64,000 bases of DNA, from NCBI GenBank assembly GCA_963805625.1, contig CAWDVE010000018.1, positions 1-64,000 on the forward strand, read 5' to 3'. A model generated the notes under the pieces. The model saw only the letters and a program-made list of their open reading frames with translations, searched no databases and had not been told where the DNA came from. Positions within the stretch are counted from its first letter, which is position 1. The number at the start of each line of letters is the position of its first letter. A program made the position numbers and the translations under genes. Source of the stretch: an uncultured Candidatus Rokubacteria bacterium (GTDB lineage: Bacteria > Methylomirabilota > Methylomirabilia > Rokubacteriales > DASRDR01). Below are positions 60,990 through 64,000 of the stretch, one piece after another.

Positions 60990-61682
60990 CGCAACAAGAA
61001 GGCCGGCCTGATGGCGAACGTGAAGCTCCGCCAGGCGGTGACGGTGGCGCTCTCCATGCAGCCGATCCTCCAGGTGACCGTTGGCAACCCCGATCTCTTC
61101 CAGCTGACGCCAAGCATCTACCCGAAGGGAACGTCCTGGTACTCCGAGGTCGGCGCCCCCTGGTACAACCAGGGCAACGCCGAGCGGGCCAAGCAGCTCG
61201 CCGCCGAGGCGGGGTACAAGGGCGAGCCGATCCGCTGGCTGACCAGCCAGCAGTACCCCTGGATGTACAAGTCGAGCGCGGTGGCGGCGGATCAGCTCAA
61301 GAAGGCTGGGTTCAACATCGACCTGCAGGTCTACGAGTGGGCCGGTGTGGTCGAGCGCCGGGCGAAGCCCGCGGAGTGGGAGATGTTCACCACCGGCCAC
61401 GGGTTCGTCCCGGATCCGGCGCTGATCGACCTGTTCAGCCCGACATACCCCGGCTGGTGGGAATCGCCCGCGAAGAACCAACTCCTGCAGGACTTCAACC
61501 GGGCCCTCGACCCGCGAGCCCGCGCCCAGATCTGGCAGAAGATGCAGGAGCTTGTGTTCACCGAGGGCGGCTGGGTCAAGACCGGCGACTTCTCTCGCAT
61601 CCGGCTCCGGTCGAAGACGCTGGAAGGGTTCGTGCCGGTGGAGATCGGGATGATCGTCTGGAACGTCTCCGTCGCGAAGTGA
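60990..61682 (+). pseudogene. 5'-truncated peptide/nickel ABC substrate-binding protein (family 5)
   Basis: Only the C-terminal ~230 aa (KLRQAV, AKQLAAEAGYKGEP, LKKAGFNIDL, RAQIWQKMQ); no signal peptide or N-terminal half. Confidence 0.75.
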
Positions 61683-61787
61683 CGGCCGACAGCTACCGGT
61701 GAGACCGCAGGGCGGGCTGCGGACGGCGGGGCCCGGGCCCCGCCTCCGCGGCCCCCATCCCCCGGCTCGACGCCGGGCGGCGGAGGG

Positions 61788-62735
61788 GTGGCGGTGACCT
61801 CGTACCTCGCCGGGCGGGTGTTGGCGCTGGTGCCCGTCCTGCTGGTGGTCGCCGTGGTCGTCTTCCTCATCGCGCGGTTCACGCCGGGCGACCCGATTCG
61901 CGTCCTCCTCGGCGAGGACGCCCGCCCGGAGCAGGTCCAAGCGCTCCGGCAGCACCTCGGCCTCGACGCGCCGCTCCCGGTGCAGTTCGCGCTCTGGCTC
62001 GGGCGCGCCCTCCAGGGCGACCTGGGGCGCTCGCTCTTCAACCGCCTCCCCGTCACCCGCACCATCGCCCAGCACGTCGGTCCGACCGCGATGCTGTCGC
62101 TCCTGGCCCTGTCGGTGGCGCTGGCGATCGGCATCCCGATCGGCATCGCGTCGGCGGTCTACCGCAACTCCTGGCTCGACCAGGCGAGCCTGACCCTCGT
62201 CATGCTGGGCGCCGCCGTCCCGAGCTTCTGGCTGGGGCTCACGCTGATCGTCGTCTTCGCCGTGAACCTCGGGTGGCTCCCCTCCTCCGGGTTCCGGCCG
62301 CCCGACGAGGGGCTCTGGCGAAGCGTGCGCTATCTGATCCTCCCCGGGATCGCGCTCGGCGTGCCCAACTCCGCGCTCATCATCCGGTTCGTGCGCGGGA
62401 GCCTGCTCGACGTCATCGCGACCGACTACGTGCGCACCGCCAGAGCCAAGGGGCTGGCCGAGCGCGCGGTCATCTTCCGCCACGCTCTGCGGAACGCCCT
62501 GGTGCCGATCCTCACCGTCATCGGCCTCACGTTCGCGGCGCTGATGGGCGGCGCGGTGGTCACGGAGACGGTGTTCAGCATCCCCGGCATGGGGCAGCTG
62601 GTGGTCTCGTCGGTGCTGCGGCGGGATTACCCCGTGATCCAGGGCGTAACCCTGATCGTGGCAGCGTCCTACGTCCTCATCAACCTCCTGGTGGACGTGC
62701 TCTACCTCGTGGTCGACCCGCGGGTGAAATACTGA
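61788..62735 (+). CDS. Peptide ABC permease, DppB-like
   Basis: PGDP, GDLGRS, DYVRTARAKGL, ETVFSIPGMG, RDYPVIQG, DPRVKY. Confidence 0.93.
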   Translation: MAVTSYLAGRVLALVPVLLVVAVVVFLIARFTPGDPIRVLLGEDARPEQVQALRQHLGLDAPLPVQFALWLGRALQGDLGRSLFNRLPVTRTIAQHVGPTAMLSLLALSVALAIGIPIGIASAVYRNSWLDQASLTLVMLGAAVPSFWLGLTLIVVFAVNLGWLPSSGFRPPDEGLWRSVRYLILPGIALGVPNSALIIRFVRGSLLDVIATDYVRTARAKGLAERAVIFRHALRNALVPILTVIGLTFAALMGGAVVTETVFSIPGMGQLVVSSVLRRDYPVIQGVTLIVAASYVLINLLVDVLYLVVDPRVKY

Positions 62736-63610
62736 TGGCCGAGCGCGCCCTGGCCATCAGGTCCCCGGCGCTCGCCGGCGCCCGCCCCGGGATCGGGACG
62801 CTCGTCCTCCGGATGGTGCGGCAGCGCCGCGTCATCGGCCTGGGCGGCCTGATCCTGCTCGTGATGCTCGGCATGGCGGCCGCCGCCCCGGCCCTCGCGC
62901 CGTACGACCCCCTGGACATCCAGCCGATGGAGCGTCTGCGCCGGCCGGCGGCGGCGCATCCCTTCGGGAGACATCCTGAGCCGCGTGATCTACGGCGCCC
63001 GCCTGTCGCTTCTCGTCGGCGGGCTGGTGACGCTGCTGGCCATCGCGGTGGGGACTGTGATCGGCTCGTCGCGGGATGGAGCCCGCGCGCCGACCGCACC
63101 ATCATGCGCGTGATGGACGGCGTGATGGCCTTCCCCGACATCCTCCTGGCCATCGCCCTCATGGCCGCGCTCGGGCCGAGCGTCCGGAACGTGGTGATCG
63201 CGCTCGCCTTCGTCTACACGCCGCGGGTCGCCCGCGTGGTCCGCGCGTCGGTCCTGGTGGTCGTCAACCAGGACTACGTGGACGCCGCGCGGGCGATCGG
63301 CGCACGGGGCCGGCGCATCCTGGCGCGTCACGTGTTCGCGAACTGCGTGTCCCCCATCATCGTCCAGGGGACGTTCGTCGCGGCCTACGCCATGCTGGGA
63401 GAGGCGGCGCTCTCCTTCCTCGGCGTGGGGGTGCCCCCGGAGACGCCGACCTGGGGCGGGATCATCGCGATGGGCCAAGTCTATCTGAGCCAGGCGTGGT
63501 GGATCAGCATCTTCCCGGGCGCGGCGGTGATCCTGAGCGTGCTCGCCCTCAACCTGGTCGGGGACGGGCTGCGCGACTTCCTGGACCCCCGCCTTCGCTA
63601 CGCGGCATAG
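62735..63610 (+). pseudogene. Peptide ABC permease, DppC-like, with two compensating frameshifts
   Basis: HPFG, then the conserved DILSRVIYGARLSLLVG lies in the +1 frame (62970-63065), then the main frame resumes; GEAALSFLGVG, GDGLRDFLDPR. Confidence 0.75.
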
Positions 63611-63758
63611 GACCGGGCGCGCAGACGTCGGCGCCGCGCGGCCGGAAGGAGCTTCCCCCGCCATCACGGGGGCCGGTGCCGATCCTCGGCGACGGCCGAC
63701 GTCCCGAGAGCCATCTCCCCCACACCGAGAATGGTTTCGCGCGGTGTGCCAGGGCCGA

Positions 63759-63827
63759 GGGGAGGTTGAGCGTCGTTCCGGCACCCCGCACTGTCCCGGT
63801 ACCCGGGTAGAACGGCGCCCGGTGCAC
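63759..63827 (-). pseudogene. Histone deacetylase-family (AcuC/AphA) fragment
   Basis: HRAPFYPGTG...GAGTTLNLP resembles the HDAC HxxPxYPGTG...GxGxxxNxP motif. Confidence 0.45.
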
Positions 63828-64000
63828 CGGCCGAGGTCGGCCGCTCCGTCAGCCGCCGAAGGGCTTCGACGATTCGGAGGATGACCAGGAAGACCTGAGC
63901 GAGCCTAGCCCGCCGTTGGACTAGAGATCCCGAGCGGCGATGGTCACGCTGGTTCGGGCTGTCCCGGACGGGACACAAGCGAGGTTCGGGACACTGCTGC

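Overview
High-GC bacterial chromosomal window; gene content and style suggest a Rokubacteria/Methylomirabilota-like diderm (inference). The left half (1-32970) is core genome: kimA-like 5' end, dnaB, rplI, DUF2232, rpsR-ssb-rpsF, groES-groEL with a perfect CIRCE element, a DtxR/IdeR regulator divergent from an Fe(III) ABC transporter, an MrfAB-like pair, rlmD, a spinster-like MFS, dciA, TPR protein, LolB-like lipoprotein, ispE, tRNA-Gln, prs, rplY, pth, rpsU, mutS2, dnaG, rpoD, tRNA(CAT), a zinc-ribbon gene and RNase P RNA (rnpB). The accessory half starts exactly at the rnpB 3' end. A 26-bp segment of that end recurs at 36056 and 37188 with shared flanking motifs. The copies delimit two integrase-less units (3114 bp and 1132 bp) and are followed by a tyrosine-recombinase C-terminal relic, which suggests a tandem, cassette-like array integrated at rnpB. 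Downstream is a ~23 kb catabolic cluster: Mo-hydroxylase L/M/S, AllH/AllF/AllG-like genes, two NitT/TauT ABC systems, cytosine deaminase, a fused hydantoinase/oxoprolinase and barbiturase. It suggests oxidative pyrimidine degradation ending in a carbamoyl-transfer step instead of ureidomalonase. The window ends with a decaying peptide ABC operon and other gene relics.
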